This document shows positions 42,890 through 54,356 of a DNA stretch of 64,000 nucleotides, piece after piece. The notes under the pieces were generated by a model. That model was not told where the DNA came from. It ran no database searches and saw only the letters and a list, made by a program, of their open reading frames with translations. Within the stretch, counting starts at the first letter, position 1. Each line of letters starts with the position of its first letter. Both the position numbers and the translations under genes were made by a program. The stretch is from an uncultured candidate division Zixibacteria bacterium. GTDB lineage: Bacteria > Zixibacteria > MSB-5A5 > UBA10806. Location: positions 32,001 to 96,000 of the forward strand of contig CAWDFP010000006.1 of NCBI GenBank assembly GCA_963801605.1, written 5' to 3'.

Positions 42890-44095
42890 CTAAACTTGAC
42901 GAAGCTCCAGGCATCCGGATACAGGTTGAGTCAGAAGGCACAATCCGCACCCGACACATTTATCATGAGAAATAGACGGTTTTCTTTTTGCAGAATCCCA
43001 TTCAATCGCTTCGTGGCCGCCATCGCGACAGGCGACATAGCATCGTCCACACCCGATACATTTCTCATCGACCACATTGCTTCGAACCTGTTGACGAGGA
43101 AGAGCGTCATGATCGACCAGATGCGGCAGGGCACGGCCGACCAAATCGGTTACGGAATTGAAATTTTTATCTGCCAAGTATCTATCGAGACCGCTGGTCA
43201 GGTCCTGGATAATATCAAACCCATAAAGCATAACAGCGGTACATATCTGCACGTTGGATGCTCCTACTGCGAGAAGCTCCACGGAATCTCGCCAGTTGGA
43301 AATGCCGCCGTTGCCGGAAATAGTTATATCGGGGATGTGACGAGCAATTTCAGCTACGGTTCGCAGCGTAATCGGTTTGATGGCCGGGCCGGTTAAGCCG
43401 GAATAGGTAGAATAGTTTGCTACGCCCGGAACGGGAGTAAGCGTATCGATATCGATTCCCATAAGGGCGGGAACCGAGTTTGAGGCGGTAACGCCATCGC
43501 AACCGGCACGCTGGATTGCCTTGACAATTGTGACAATATCCGTGACCTGCGGAGTAATCTTGATGAGCACCGGAAGCGATCCGGCGGCTTCCTTGACCCA
43601 ACTGGCCGCTCTTTCGGTAGCCGTTTCGCTTTGAGCCAGCATTTTACCGGGGTCCTCTCCGATATTCCCTTGTGGGCAGGAGAAACTGCATTCGATTAGA
43701 TCAACTCCGGCATCTTTAAGCGCTTTCACCAGCGTTTGCCACCCCTCTTTTGAGCCTGACATGATCGAGGCGGCAATCATCTTTGAAGGGAATTCTTTTT
43801 TAAGGGTAGAAACACGCTTTGATATTTCGTCAATATGGTATGCGCTGATAAGATCGATATTCCCCATTCCGATGGTTTTATCATCGCTTACGATTGAGCT
43901 CATCATGGGATAAGCAAGATCGACTTTGGTGTCGAGCGCCGAGGTAGTCTTCAGTATCAAGCCAGCCCAGCCGGCTTCGAGTCCTCTCCTCGCAATCGAA
44001 AGCTCATCTGTAGAGGGGGCCGCCGAAAGGATGAACGGATTTTCAAGGCGGATTCCGAGGAAATCGTAACTTAATCTGGATGATGTCAAAGTCAT
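42890..44095 (-). CDS. preA: Dihydropyrimidine dehydrogenase PreA-like subunit
   Basis: NPFILS, SCP loop, KITP, G..GPAIKP and C-terminal 2x[4Fe-4S]. Confidence 0.85.
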   Translation of the reverse strand: MTLTSSRLSYDFLGIRLENPFILSAAPSTDELSIARRGLEAGWAGLILKTTSALDTKVDLAYPMMSSIVSDDKTIGMGNIDLISAYHIDEISKRVSTLKKEFPSKMIAASIMSGSKEGWQTLVKALKDAGVDLIECSFSCPQGNIGEDPGKMLAQSETATERAASWVKEAAGSLPVLIKITPQVTDIVTIVKAIQRAGCDGVTASNSVPALMGIDIDTLTPVPGVANYSTYSGLTGPAIKPITLRTVAEIARHIPDITISGNGGISNWRDSVELLAVGASNVQICTAVMLYGFDIIQDLTSGLDRYLADKNFNSVTDLVGRALPHLVDHDALPRQQVRSNVVDEKCIGCGRCYVACRDGGHEAIEWDSAKRKPSISHDKCVGCGLCLLTQPVSGCLELRQV

Positions 44096-45339
44096 TTTGC
44101 CTCCAGATAGCTGATAATCGCGGCAGCCACAGACTTACCGTCCCGAACAGCTTCAACGATTGTTCCCTCGCCTCTGGCCCAATCGCCGGCGGCGAATATT
44201 CCGGGAATCGAGGTTGTAAGATCGGGATTGATTTCTATATCCCTCATATATTCCGACGCTAAACCGACGGCGGTGATTACCATCTCGGTCATCATCATAA
44301 ATTCGCTTCCCCTGATCTGGCGCGGAATTCGTCTGCCGGAGGCATCACACTTATCATCAAGCTGAATTCTGGTACAATTGACAGCTTCGATATTCCCACC
44401 TTCACCCATTATCTCGACCGGCGCAATAAGATATTCGATAATTATTCCCCTCTTTTGCGCTTCCCGCAGCTCCGAGCGCCAGACTTTCATCTCAGCGGGG
44501 CCTCGGCGATAAAGCAAACGAACTTCCGAAGCGCCGAGACTGGCGGCAGTGGAAGCCACGTCAAGGGAGACATTTCCTCCGCCAACCACAACAACCTTTT
44601 TGCCTGCGATATCGTTAATTTTGCCCAAACGCGCTTTCCGGAGAAAGCTGATGGCGTCTATAACGTCGGGGAGGTGTTCACCGGGAATTTCGAGACGTTT
44701 TCCGGTTTCGAGACCTGAGGCAATCAGGACCGCGCTAAATTCTTTCAGCAAGCTTTGCGGATCATCTATTTCCTGATTTAACTTAAATTCTATTCCAAAG
44801 CTTTTGGCATAATTAAGATCAAGATTAATTTCATCATCGGACAATCTAAAGCCGGGAATACTGACGGCGGGGACTCCGCCGGTTTGGGAGTCTTTATCGA
44901 AAATCGTGATACGATATCCGGCCTTGGATAGTTTTATCGCCGCGCTTAAGCCCGCGGGACCAGCGCCGATAATCGCGACTTTGCCTGTTTGAGCCGGCGC
45001 CGTAATTTCGGTTTTACTCTCTTTATGCGATGCGAAGCTATGAAGATTCCTGATTTTAATCGGCTGGTCGATTTTACCCCTGGTGCAGGCGCTCTGACAG
45101 AAAACCTCCTGAGGACAAACGGAGCCGCAAATTGCCGCCATCGGGTTGGCCTCACGGACCAATAATGAGGCTCTATAAAGATTACCGCTATTAATCGATC
45201 TTATAAATTCGGGAATGGGAATTCCGGCAGGGCACGCTTTTTGACAGGGAGGATCGAAACACGACAAACAACGCTGTGCCTCGGTCTTTACCCATTCATC
45301 TTTATTAGATTTTACATCCGATGGAATTAAAACGGGCAT
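44092..45339 (-). CDS. preT: PreT/GltD-like FAD/NAD(P)H Fe-S subunit
   Basis: RCLSC..PPC..ACP, CG.VCP, GAGPAG, GGGNV and FAAGD motifs. Confidence 0.85.
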   Translation of the reverse strand: MPVLIPSDVKSNKDEWVKTEAQRCLSCFDPPCQKACPAGIPIPEFIRSINSGNLYRASLLVREANPMAAICGSVCPQEVFCQSACTRGKIDQPIKIRNLHSFASHKESKTEITAPAQTGKVAIIGAGPAGLSAAIKLSKAGYRITIFDKDSQTGGVPAVSIPGFRLSDDEINLDLNYAKSFGIEFKLNQEIDDPQSLLKEFSAVLIASGLETGKRLEIPGEHLPDVIDAISFLRKARLGKINDIAGKKVVVVGGGNVSLDVASTAASLGASEVRLLYRRGPAEMKVWRSELREAQKRGIIIEYLIAPVEIMGEGGNIEAVNCTRIQLDDKCDASGRRIPRQIRGSEFMMMTEMVITAVGLASEYMRDIEINPDLTTSIPGIFAAGDWARGEGTIVEAVRDGKSVAAAIISYLEAK

Positions 45340-45350
45340 TGATAAAACCT

Positions 45351-45881
45351 CTAAACAATAAATTTCTTCAAATCGTTTTCCGTTATTATTAGTGCCGCCT
45401 TCCTGACAGCATCGAGTATTTGAATATAGCCGGTACATCGGCAAAGATTGCCCGCAAGGGCCTGTTTGATTTTGACATCATCGGGATTATGGTCTTTCAA
45501 AAATAGCGCAATCGTAGACATGATCATTCCGGGCGAGCAGAAACCGCAATGGACTGCATCGCAATCCACATACGCCTTTTGTATCGGATGAAGATCAGCG
45601 GCCCCCGACGATGCTACTCCTTCTATTGTCCAGATACTGGCTCCATCTATCTGCGGCGCTAACAGCAGACAGGCGTTGACGGCATTACCGTTGAAGAGCA
45701 CCGTGCACGCCCCGCATTCACCAACCTCGCAGCCGCACTTGACACCGAGATACCCCAAACCGTCGCGGAGAAACCGAAGCAGGGTCCATCCAACAGGAGC
45801 ATCCTTGTTAAAAGGAATACCGTTCAGCCGAAAACTGATTTCAACAGTCGGTTCGCCGATGCCAAAGCCTAACGAATTCAT
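45351..45881 (-). CDS. Mo-hydroxylase [2Fe-2S] subunit (set C)
   Basis: GCEVGECGAC, CGFC.PG and GNLCRCTGY motifs. Confidence 0.95.
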   Translation of the reverse strand: MNSLGFGIGEPTVEISFRLNGIPFNKDAPVGWTLLRFLRDGLGYLGVKCGCEVGECGACTVLFNGNAVNACLLLAPQIDGASIWTIEGVASSGAADLHPIQKAYVDCDAVHCGFCSPGMIMSTIALFLKDHNPDDVKIKQALAGNLCRCTGYIQILDAVRKAALIITENDLKKFIV

Positions 45882-45882
45882 T

Positions 45883-46737
45883 TTAAATAACGCTCATCCC
45901 GGACGCTTCGTGAAGCGCTCTTTTCATCAGTCCGATTAATACAGGTTTTTTGTAAGGGGTTGACCACCTGTAGCCGCTTTCCTTTAACATTAATTCCGCA
46001 GCAAAATTGGCCGCATCTTCAAACAGTTTCTCGGATATTTTCTGGCCATTCAATAACTTTTCCAAATCATTCATTCGTGAAGGCGCCGGGAAGATTGATC
46101 CTCCCGCGATGATGGCGTTTTTAATGATTCCCTTATCATCCCGCATTATCGTGGCGGCCAGAGTCATTCTGGAGATGTTTACTGCCTGACGTCGTCCAAG
46201 CTTGATATAGGATGACCCGGAGGGGCCGACGGCTTTATGGCATCTGATCGAATAAAGCAGTTCATCGGGATTAATCAGCGTTTTATATGGGCCGATTACA
46301 AATTGGCCGAGGCTTATAGTTCTTTTTCCCTTACGAGAAAGCAATGTCAGTTCGGCGTCATAATTAAGCAAGGCCGGCACGGAATCGGCACATGGCGAGG
46401 CGTTTATAATATTTCCACCAACGGTACCGCGATTTCTTATTTGCCAGGAGCCAACCAAACTGGTAGCACGGCTTACCAGCGGCAAATTTTCCTTAATCAT
46501 ATTATTCGTTGATAAGATTGTATGAGTGCAAGCAGCACCAATTTCTATAAAGTTGTTATCATCATTAATAAATGACATTCCTAAACGAGATATATCAAGT
46601 AACTGGCTTGGTTTTCCGCCGCGCAGTTGAGGAATCAAGTCTGTTCCGCCGGCAATAGGGATAAATTCGCCTGAGGATAGCAGGTCAAGCGCTTCGTTAG
46701 GCGTTTCCGGTTTGCGATATGAAGTAACGCTAATCAA
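45883..46737 (-). CDS. Mo-hydroxylase FAD subunit (set C)
   Basis: AGGTD and QIRNRGT.GGN..ASP motifs. Confidence 0.95.
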   Translation of the reverse strand: MISVTSYRKPETPNEALDLLSSGEFIPIAGGTDLIPQLRGGKPSQLLDISRLGMSFINDDNNFIEIGAACTHTILSTNNMIKENLPLVSRATSLVGSWQIRNRGTVGGNIINASPCADSVPALLNYDAELTLLSRKGKRTISLGQFVIGPYKTLINPDELLYSIRCHKAVGPSGSSYIKLGRRQAVNISRMTLAATIMRDDKGIIKNAIIAGGSIFPAPSRMNDLEKLLNGQKISEKLFEDAANFAAELMLKESGYRWSTPYKKPVLIGLMKRALHEASGMSVI

Positions 46738-49080
46738 TTTCGCTGGCTCCTCGAAGCGGTTGAGCCACGCTTTTCGCCGCGAACCAGAGTCTTGCCCAGT
46801 AATACTCGTTCCAGCGTCAAGGGCAAGTCTCTCACACGCTTGCCAATTGCGTTAGCCACCGCGTTGACAATCGCCGGTGCGGCCAGTTCGCAAGCCGGTT
46901 CGCCAAGCGATTTGGCCCCAAAGGGACCGATGCTATCCGGATTTTCGATAAAGGTAACGTCAACTTCAGGTAGATCGCAAATAGTCGGAAGCAAGTACTC
47001 GTCGAAATTTTGGAGTGACGGCAAACCGTTTTCTTCGGAATAATCTTCAAGCAGAGCATATCCCAAACCCATCGCCACACCGCCGTAGACTTGTCCCTTG
47101 GCTCCGTTCAGATTAAGAGTGCGACCGATGTCATGCGAGCTCGCAAACTTCACTACCTTCACCTGCCCGGTAACAATATCAACTTCCACTTCCGCTAAAT
47201 TGGCTCCGTAAACATAAGTGAAGTAAGCATCACCCTGGCCGGTATGCTCATCCCAGGTAGTGGATGGCGCTTTATACCAACCGTGAGCAAATAAAGAAAT
47301 ACCTTTGCGGAAACACTCGGCTGCCAATTCGCCGAAACTTAGCGTCTTATTAATCTCTACCGTAGAACAGATTTGATTATCCTTAAAAATCAAAGATGGT
47401 TCCGGACAACCAAGCATTTCCGCCGCTACAGGCTTAATCCTTTTAAGTAGCTCAGCGGCGCCAATCCTGGCGGCGTTACCGGCCATGAGGCTGGTTCTCG
47501 ATGCAACGGTTGGCCCGGAATCAGGGATACTGGTTGTGTCAGCATTGAGGAACCTGATACGGTCAACAGTGACGCCAAGCTCTTCGGCCGCAACTATCGA
47601 GATCGTTGTTCCCGCTCCCTGGCCCATATCAACCAAGCCGCAAGAAAGTACAATTGAGCCATCGGTTTGTATCGAGATCCCGACGCCGGCGGCGTCAGTA
47701 CCCTCGGCCCCCAGCGAAACGCCGCGGTAGCTGCAGGAGATTCCGATTCCCTTCATTATGCCATTCCTGCACTGCTGAGCGCGATTCGCTTTCCATATAG
47801 CGCCGAAATCGATTCCCTTAGTAACATTCGATAAGGCCTCGCCAACACTAACCTTGTGCTGCAAGGTCTGACCGGTTGCGGTCACACAGTTATCCTTCAG
47901 GATATTTTTCAAGCGCAGTTCCAGACGGATCGATACTGAGCGTCTCGGCTATTTCATCCATCAGGGATTCGGCTGCAAAACAGATCTGGGGCGATCCGAA
48001 GCCGCGCATGGCGCTGGTGTAGCAATTGTTGGTGTAAGCAGCAAAGACATCGGTTTTGACATTGGGGACGATATAAGGTCCGGTGGCCTGCACAACAGAT
48101 CGCCAGGTAACGAACGGCGACATGGCGGAATAAGCGCCGGCATCAGCGTGGATAGCGATTTCCATTGCCTGCAATAATCCGGTTTTGGTAACGCCGACTT
48201 TATATTTCAATTTATAAGGATGACGCTTGTAAGATTCGCGCATGGAGTCTTCGCGGCTATTTACCATTTTGACCGGCCTGCCGGCAGCAAGCGCCAGGAG
48301 CGCCGCCCGGCAACAAATAGAGCTCATAACTTCATCTTTACCGCCGAATGAACCGCCAAGAGTAGCTTGAATGAGATGGATTCGATTTAATGGCAACTGG
48401 GTGACACGCGATATGGCCCGTCTGATATTGTAAAGATTTTGCAAAGTGCCTGTGATGGTCACTCCGCCATTCTCACCAGGCTCAGCAAGAACCGCTTCAG
48501 GTTCAATATAGGAATGCTCAATTCGCTGGGTGGAGTATTCACGTTCCAGAACAATTTCGGACTGGGCAAATCCGGTTTCAATATCGCCTTTTCGAACCTT
48601 ATGATGGATGCACAAGTTGCCGTTGTCATGAACGAGGGGCGAATCAGGAGATAACGCCTCGATTGGATCTGTCACCACGGGAAGCGGTTTATAATCGATT
48701 TCAATAAGATTAACCGCACGCTCGGCAATTTCGGGTGTTTCCGCGGCCACGATAGCAACAACATCACCGTAAAAACGGACCTTATCGGAACAGAGAACCA
48801 TCTGATGAGTCTGGATCGCCCCAAATCCCTTTTCGCCGGGGATATCGACATGAGTCAAAACGGCGCGAACGCCGTTCAGGGCCTTCGCTTTGGTTGTGTC
48901 GATTCGGATAATTTTCGCATGAGGATATTCAGCATATTTGGATGCTCCGAAAAGCTGCCCGGCACAATTAAAATCGGCTCCATATTTAGCGCGACCGGTA
49001 ACTTTGTCGATCGCGTCGACACGCGGTACCGCGGTGCCAATCAGATTGAATTTATTTTCACCCGGATTTTGTTCAGGCAT
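46734..49080 (-). CDS. Xanthine-dehydrogenase-family Mo subunit (set C); frameshift near 47915
   Basis: KVTG, GGSFGGK, AMRGFG, GQG, ASR and GAKSLGE motifs. Confidence 0.92.
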
Positions 49081-49920
49081 TATAATTCCATAATTCCGGT
49101 AAGCCCGCGCTTTAAGAGGACTCCCACCATCTCTTTTCTATAGAGAGCATTGGAACGGATATCATCGATTGGCCGGGCTTCTTCTTTTACAATATTGGCA
49201 GCTTCGGCGATAAGCTTCCGGGTTAGTACGTTTCCGAGCAAGTATTCTTCGGTTTTAATGGCTCTGATAACCGTAGGCGCCACAGCCCCAAGGGCAATTT
49301 TAACTGAATCAATCTTACCATTATTAATATTCAAACTGGCAGCCACCGAAAGTTTGCTGATGGCCAATGCCTTGCGCGTTAGCCAGACGCAGGAAAAATC
49401 CATGATTAGTTAACCTGGGCAATTTAATAGCAGTTATCAATTCGTTCGATTTCAAGATCGTTGCGCCCGGACCCTTAAAAAAGATATCAATAGGAACAGA
49501 TCGTTTCACGTTACTTGATTCCAGCGCCAGCGTCGCGCCAAGAGCGTAAAGCGGAGGAATGAGATCGCCCGCGGGGGAGCCATTGGCGATATTGCCTCCG
49601 ATAGTGGCTCGATTTCGAATCTGCACTGAACCTGCCAGCGAAGCCGCCTCCACAAGCTGAGGAGCATGAGTTCGTAAAAGCTCTGATTCCTCGATCTCAG
49701 CGAATGTCACCAGCGGCCCGATTGAAATCTCTTTGGGGGTAATTGTAATCTTGTGAAGCGCTTTAATATGATCCAGAACGAGAAGCTTGGGCCAGGGCTG
49801 ACGGTCATGCAACTTGACCAGGATATCAGTTCCTCCGGCCACAGCTACAACGCTGGGACGAGCCATTGCTTTCAAAGCCTCGGACAGTGATGATGGAATT
49901 ATGGTTTCGGCCGCGTTCAT
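49080..49920 (-). CDS. Mo-hydroxylase FAD subunit (set B); frameshift near 49390
   Basis: AGGTD, QIRNRAT.GGN, GAVAP and PIDDIRS..YR motifs. Confidence 0.9.
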
Positions 49921-50378
49921 TTTCTTTTCGATACCGAATTTTTCGAGGCCAACTCAACTGCCTCAATTATTTTCTCATATCCGGTGCAGCGGCAGAGATT
50001 ACCCGACAAAGCGTGTTTTATCTCTTCTCTCGATGGCCTTTTATTTTTGGCAAGAAGCGCTGTAGCCGAAAGGATCGCACCCGGCGAACAAAAACCACAT
50101 TGCACCGCCCCCGTGGCTGTAAAGGCTTCCTGCACTTGACTGCCCATAACTCCCTCGATAGTGGTTACCTCTCGTCCAACAAGCTGGGCGGAAATCATCA
50201 GGCAAGACGAAACTGGACGACCGTCAAGCAGAATGGTGCAAGCCCCGCATTCTCCTTTGCCACATCCCTCTTTGGTGCCGACGAGCTCCAGAGTATCGCG
50301 CAAAAGATCGATGACACGTTCGCTTCCGGCGACATCAAGCGATACATCTTTGCCATTAAGCTTAAATTTGATCTTCAT
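49917..50378 (-). CDS. Mo-hydroxylase [2Fe-2S] subunit (set B)
   Basis: GCGKGECGAC, QCGFC and GNLCRCTGY motifs. Confidence 0.95.
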   Translation of the reverse strand: MKIKFKLNGKDVSLDVAGSERVIDLLRDTLELVGTKEGCGKGECGACTILLDGRPVSSCLMISAQLVGREVTTIEGVMGSQVQEAFTATGAVQCGFCSPGAILSATALLAKNKRPSREEIKHALSGNLCRCTGYEKIIEAVELASKNSVSKRK

Positions 50379-52618
50379 TTGTTAAGCCCCGCCCAAACTT
50401 TTTCAGGAGTTATAGGAAGCTCTCTGACTCGAACGCCACAGGCGTTATAAACAGCGTTAGCTATCGCCGGAGCCAGCCCCATAAGCGGCTGTTCCCCGAA
50501 TCCCTTGGCTCCGTGCGGTCCCCAGGGATAGGGATGCTCGACGATGATCGGTACGATTTCGGGTTGATCCTCGGCAGTTGGAATAATATATGTCGAAAAT
50601 TCGGAGTTTCTAATGGCGCCATTCTTATCGGCGGTCATATCTTCCATTAAGGCATAGCCGATTCCCTGCAGAGTGCCACCCTCGATCTGGCCCTCGGCAG
50701 ATGCCGGATTGATGGCTTTGCCGATATCATGCGCGGTCCAGACTTTGAGAACCGTAACCTCGCCAGTCTCTTTATCGACTTTCACTTTCACCAGATTGCT
50801 GGCCCAGGCATAGACGATATAAGCATCACCCTGTCCGGTGCTATCATCCCAGCTTGTAGGAGGTGAAATTACCCAACCCTCGGCGGATAGAGGCTTTCGT
50901 TTATAGCTACATGATTTAATGACATCCATTAATGGAATTGTCTTATCGCCAGTAATGACTTTGCCATCGTCGAAATTAATATCGGATATCGGCAAACCAA
51001 GCATCTCGCCGGCTTCTTCAAGGAGAACGCTCTTAATTTTAAGGCAGGCATCCATAAGAGCGTTACCGGACATAAGAGTAGATCGCGAAGCCACGGTTGG
51101 CCCGGAATCCGGAACACGGCTGGTATCGGGCGGAAGCATTCCCACCGCTTCAAGCGGCAAACCAAGCTCATCGGCCACGATTTGTGAAAGGACCGTAGTC
51201 ATCCCCTGCCCGATCTCCGTTGTGCCCACAGAAAATATAACCGAGCCATCGGCATGAAGGATCACCCTGGCACCGGTGCGAGCCAGCAATTTGCCGCCCG
51301 CGCCAAGTCCGACTCCGTAGAAAATGGTCGATAGTCCGAAGCCTACACCGTCTTCTTTGGGTGCTTGGGGCGACCAGCCGGAAACCTGCACCACTTTATC
51401 AAGTGTTTCTGCCAAACCGACGCTGTTTTCAAGTTTCTGGCCGGTGGTGGTCGTATCGCCAAGCTTTAGAATATTTTTCTTTCGAAATTCAAGAGAATTC
51501 ATTCCAATTTTTTCCGCCAATTGATCGATCTGGGATTCAACAGCGAATAAAATTTGCGGTGAACCGAATCCTCTGAAAGCGCCGGTGGGGACTTTGTTGG
51601 TGGCAACAGCATAACTTTCGACTTTAACATTTTCGCAGCGATACGGACCGACCGAATGAGCGGTACCTCTAAAAAGCACGACCGCCGATAACGTGGCATA
51701 AGCACCGCCATCGATCACATATTCGGCTTTAACCGCTCGAAGGATTCCATCTTTGGTGGCGCCGGATTTATAGTATACCCAGGCCGGGTGGCGTTTGGAG
51801 GTAACGATCATATCTTCGTTGCGGTCATAGACGAGTTTGATCGGTCGCTTAAGTTTCCACGCAGGCAGGGCAACCTGGCAGGCCAACAGCGAAGGCACAT
51901 CCTCTTTGCCGCCGAAGGCGCCGCCGGTGGCACATTGAATAACCCGCACTTTACTCTCGGGTAGGCCCAATATTGTAGTGATAGCTTTTCTAACATAAAA
52001 TGGGCATTGCATCGAACCGCGAATTTCGATACTGCCATCAGGGTAAGGAATGGCGATCATCGCCTGTGGTTCGATATAGGCATGTTCCTGATAGGGAGTG
52101 CGGTATTCGTTTTCGACGATGGCATCGCAACCGGCAAACGCTTTATCGGCATCACCCCTGATAACTCTCATCTTCTTAAAAATATTATCATTTCCGAAAA
52201 GATGAATGTCGGGATGATTACGGGCTTCAAGTGGATCCAACAGCGGTGTCAGCGGTTTGATTTTAAGCTCGATCTTTTTGGCGGCTGCACGGGCGGTTTG
52301 ACGATCATCGGCGATAACCACCGCAATCGGTTCGCCGATATAATTGACGAATTTTTCTGCAAGGAAAGGTTGGTCGTCGATTACGATCGGGATGCAGTTT
52401 TTGCCGGGGATATCCTTACAAGTGAAAACGCCTTTGACGCCAATTTGCCTCGAAACGTTTTCAGTTTCGATTTTTTTAATTTCGCCTCTGGCAATCGGGG
52501 AGCGCACTACGGCGGCGTGAAGCATTCCATGATATTTATAATCGTCGGTGAACAGGCCGGCGCCCTTCACCCTATCGGCTGCCTCGGAACGGATCACTCT
52601 TTTTCCGACGACGCTCAT
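50375..52618 (-). CDS. Xanthine-dehydrogenase-family Mo subunit (set B)
   Basis: QEH..E, GGAFGGK, AFRGFG, GQG, ASR and GAKGFGE motifs. Confidence 0.95.
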   Translation of the reverse strand: MSVVGKRVIRSEAADRVKGAGLFTDDYKYHGMLHAAVVRSPIARGEIKKIETENVSRQIGVKGVFTCKDIPGKNCIPIVIDDQPFLAEKFVNYIGEPIAVVIADDRQTARAAAKKIELKIKPLTPLLDPLEARNHPDIHLFGNDNIFKKMRVIRGDADKAFAGCDAIVENEYRTPYQEHAYIEPQAMIAIPYPDGSIEIRGSMQCPFYVRKAITTILGLPESKVRVIQCATGGAFGGKEDVPSLLACQVALPAWKLKRPIKLVYDRNEDMIVTSKRHPAWVYYKSGATKDGILRAVKAEYVIDGGAYATLSAVVLFRGTAHSVGPYRCENVKVESYAVATNKVPTGAFRGFGSPQILFAVESQIDQLAEKIGMNSLEFRKKNILKLGDTTTTGQKLENSVGLAETLDKVVQVSGWSPQAPKEDGVGFGLSTIFYGVGLGAGGKLLARTGARVILHADGSVIFSVGTTEIGQGMTTVLSQIVADELGLPLEAVGMLPPDTSRVPDSGPTVASRSTLMSGNALMDACLKIKSVLLEEAGEMLGLPISDINFDDGKVITGDKTIPLMDVIKSCSYKRKPLSAEGWVISPPTSWDDSTGQGDAYIVYAWASNLVKVKVDKETGEVTVLKVWTAHDIGKAINPASAEGQIEGGTLQGIGYALMEDMTADKNGAIRNSEFSTYIIPTAEDQPEIVPIIVEHPYPWGPHGAKGFGEQPLMGLAPAIANAVYNACGVRVRELPITPEKVWAGLNK

Positions 52619-53232
52619 TCTTTTCGAGCCCTCTCCAGATCATCCCTGGTATCGATATCTTTAAGTACTCCGGGGTCTTCGCAGCGGAATTGTATAACCA
52701 TCGATTCATGATTTTTTATTATGTCGCGGAGAGTGGTTTCTTCTGACGATTCAATTATCTGCCTGATGATTTCCGCGGGGATTAATATGGGATGACCCCG
52801 TTTGTAATTGTAAACGGGAATAATAATTCTTTTGGGAAATTTAGCGAAAGCCTCTTTCATCAGTCGATAGGTTTCGGGGGCCACAAAGGGGTGATCGACC
52901 AGCGTGATAAATGTACCGCAGATATCGCTTTTAACATTCGACAATCCGGCTTTAAGCGATGAAAACTGGCCCTTTTTCCAATCGGTATTAATCGCATAAT
53001 TTATTTGAAGCCTGGTTGCTTCCCCGATGATAGCATCCGCGTCACGCCCCCCGACAACAATAACAGGTTCACAATCGATAGCTTTCAAGCGTCCGGTGAT
53101 TACCTCAAGAAAGGTTTCGCCGTCGAGCTTAGCCATCGCCTTGCACTCTCCGAAGCGTCGCCCCTCGCCTGCCGCCAGAATGACAGCGGCAATTCTTTCA
53201 CAGGGGGTCGTCTTCATTGCCTTAGATACCAC
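52615..53232 (-). CDS. mocA: Molybdenum cofactor cytidylyltransferase (MocA/YgfJ-like)
   Basis: ILAAG..RRFG..K, D.P, GHP and DIDT motifs. Confidence 0.88.
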   Translation of the reverse strand: MVSKAMKTTPCERIAAVILAAGEGRRFGECKAMAKLDGETFLEVITGRLKAIDCEPVIVVGGRDADAIIGEATRLQINYAINTDWKKGQFSSLKAGLSNVKSDICGTFITLVDHPFVAPETYRLMKEAFAKFPKRIIIPVYNYKRGHPILIPAEIIRQIIESSEETTLRDIIKNHESMVIQFRCEDPGVLKDIDTRDDLERARKE

Positions 53233-54211
53233 CCATCGTCATCGCCATGATAGCTTTGCAGGTATGAAGCCTGTTTTCAGCCTCTTGATACACCACCGAT
53301 TGCGGGCCATCGATAACTTCATCGGTTACTTCGTTACCGCGATCAGCTGGCAGGCAATGCATATAGATTGCATCCTTTTTAGCATGAGCCATCATCTTTT
53401 TATCGCAAATCCAGTTTTTGTAATTAGCAGCCAGCTTCAGGGCTTCATCGGGTTTGCCGAATAGCTCCAGAATACCCCAGCTCTTGGGATACACCACATC
53501 GGCGCCCTCGAATGCTTCCTCCATAGAATTAGCGATTTCAAATTTTCCGCCACCGGAGGCTGCATTCTTTTTGGCGAGCTCAATCTGATCCGGCATCAAC
53601 TTAAATTCCGGGGGATGAGCCAAGGTTACATCCATACCATATCTGGTCATAAGGGTGATCAGGCCCTGCGGCACAGATAGAGGTTTGGCATAACTGGGCG
53701 CATAAGCCCAACTGACGGCTATTTTCTTACCGCGTAGATCATTGCCAAATTTTTCGCGGATAGTCATCAGATCGGCAAGCGTTTGGAAGGGGTGATCGAT
53801 ATCGCATTGCATGTTGAATACCGGCACGCTGGCATATTGGGCAACTTCGCGCATGTAACTGTTCCCTTCGCCGGGGACAAGGTCGTGCCTGATTGCGATA
53901 CCCTCGCCATAGGTTGAAAGGATAATCCCCATATCCTTGGGGCTTTCGCCGTGGGCTATCTGAGACGTTGAAGCATCGATAAAGTGGGCATGCCCTCCAA
54001 GCTGGGTGATGCCGGCCTCGAAGGAGTTGCGAGTTCGGGTTGATTTATCGAAGAAGAATAAAAATACGGTTTTATCGACTAAAAGCCTGTGGGGAATCCC
54101 CTTATGCTTCTTATCTTTGAGTTCAGATGAAAGGCGCAGGGCCTGTTCAAGTTCATCTTTGGACCATTCCTGAGTGGTGATATAATCTCGTCCCAAAAAG
54201 TTGTTCGACAT
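53222..54211 (-). CDS. ygeW: YgeW-family carbamoyltransferase
   Basis: STRT, HP.Q and HCLP, plus YgeW-type WAY.PSY.KPLSVPQG and YPKSW. Confidence 0.85.
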   Translation of the reverse strand: MSNNFLGRDYITTQEWSKDELEQALRLSSELKDKKHKGIPHRLLVDKTVFLFFFDKSTRTRNSFEAGITQLGGHAHFIDASTSQIAHGESPKDMGIILSTYGEGIAIRHDLVPGEGNSYMREVAQYASVPVFNMQCDIDHPFQTLADLMTIREKFGNDLRGKKIAVSWAYAPSYAKPLSVPQGLITLMTRYGMDVTLAHPPEFKLMPDQIELAKKNAASGGGKFEIANSMEEAFEGADVVYPKSWGILELFGKPDEALKLAANYKNWICDKKMMAHAKKDAIYMHCLPADRGNEVTDEVIDGPQSVVYQEAENRLHTCKAIMAMTMGGI

Positions 54212-54356
54212 CTGAAACTATTATCCTTTCTTTAAGGCGCCTTTATAAGGCCTACATTCGTTACAATATATAAAATAATACTTGAATTTGCTACCTAATG
54301 GCAAGGCAATTTAGCCCTTACAAGCGCAACTCTAAAATCCTAAACGAAGTAATCAA

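Noticed and set aside
54212..54356. Purine or Moco riboswitch upstream of ygeW
   Set aside because: No recognisable aptamer core; looks like a plain AT-rich promoter region
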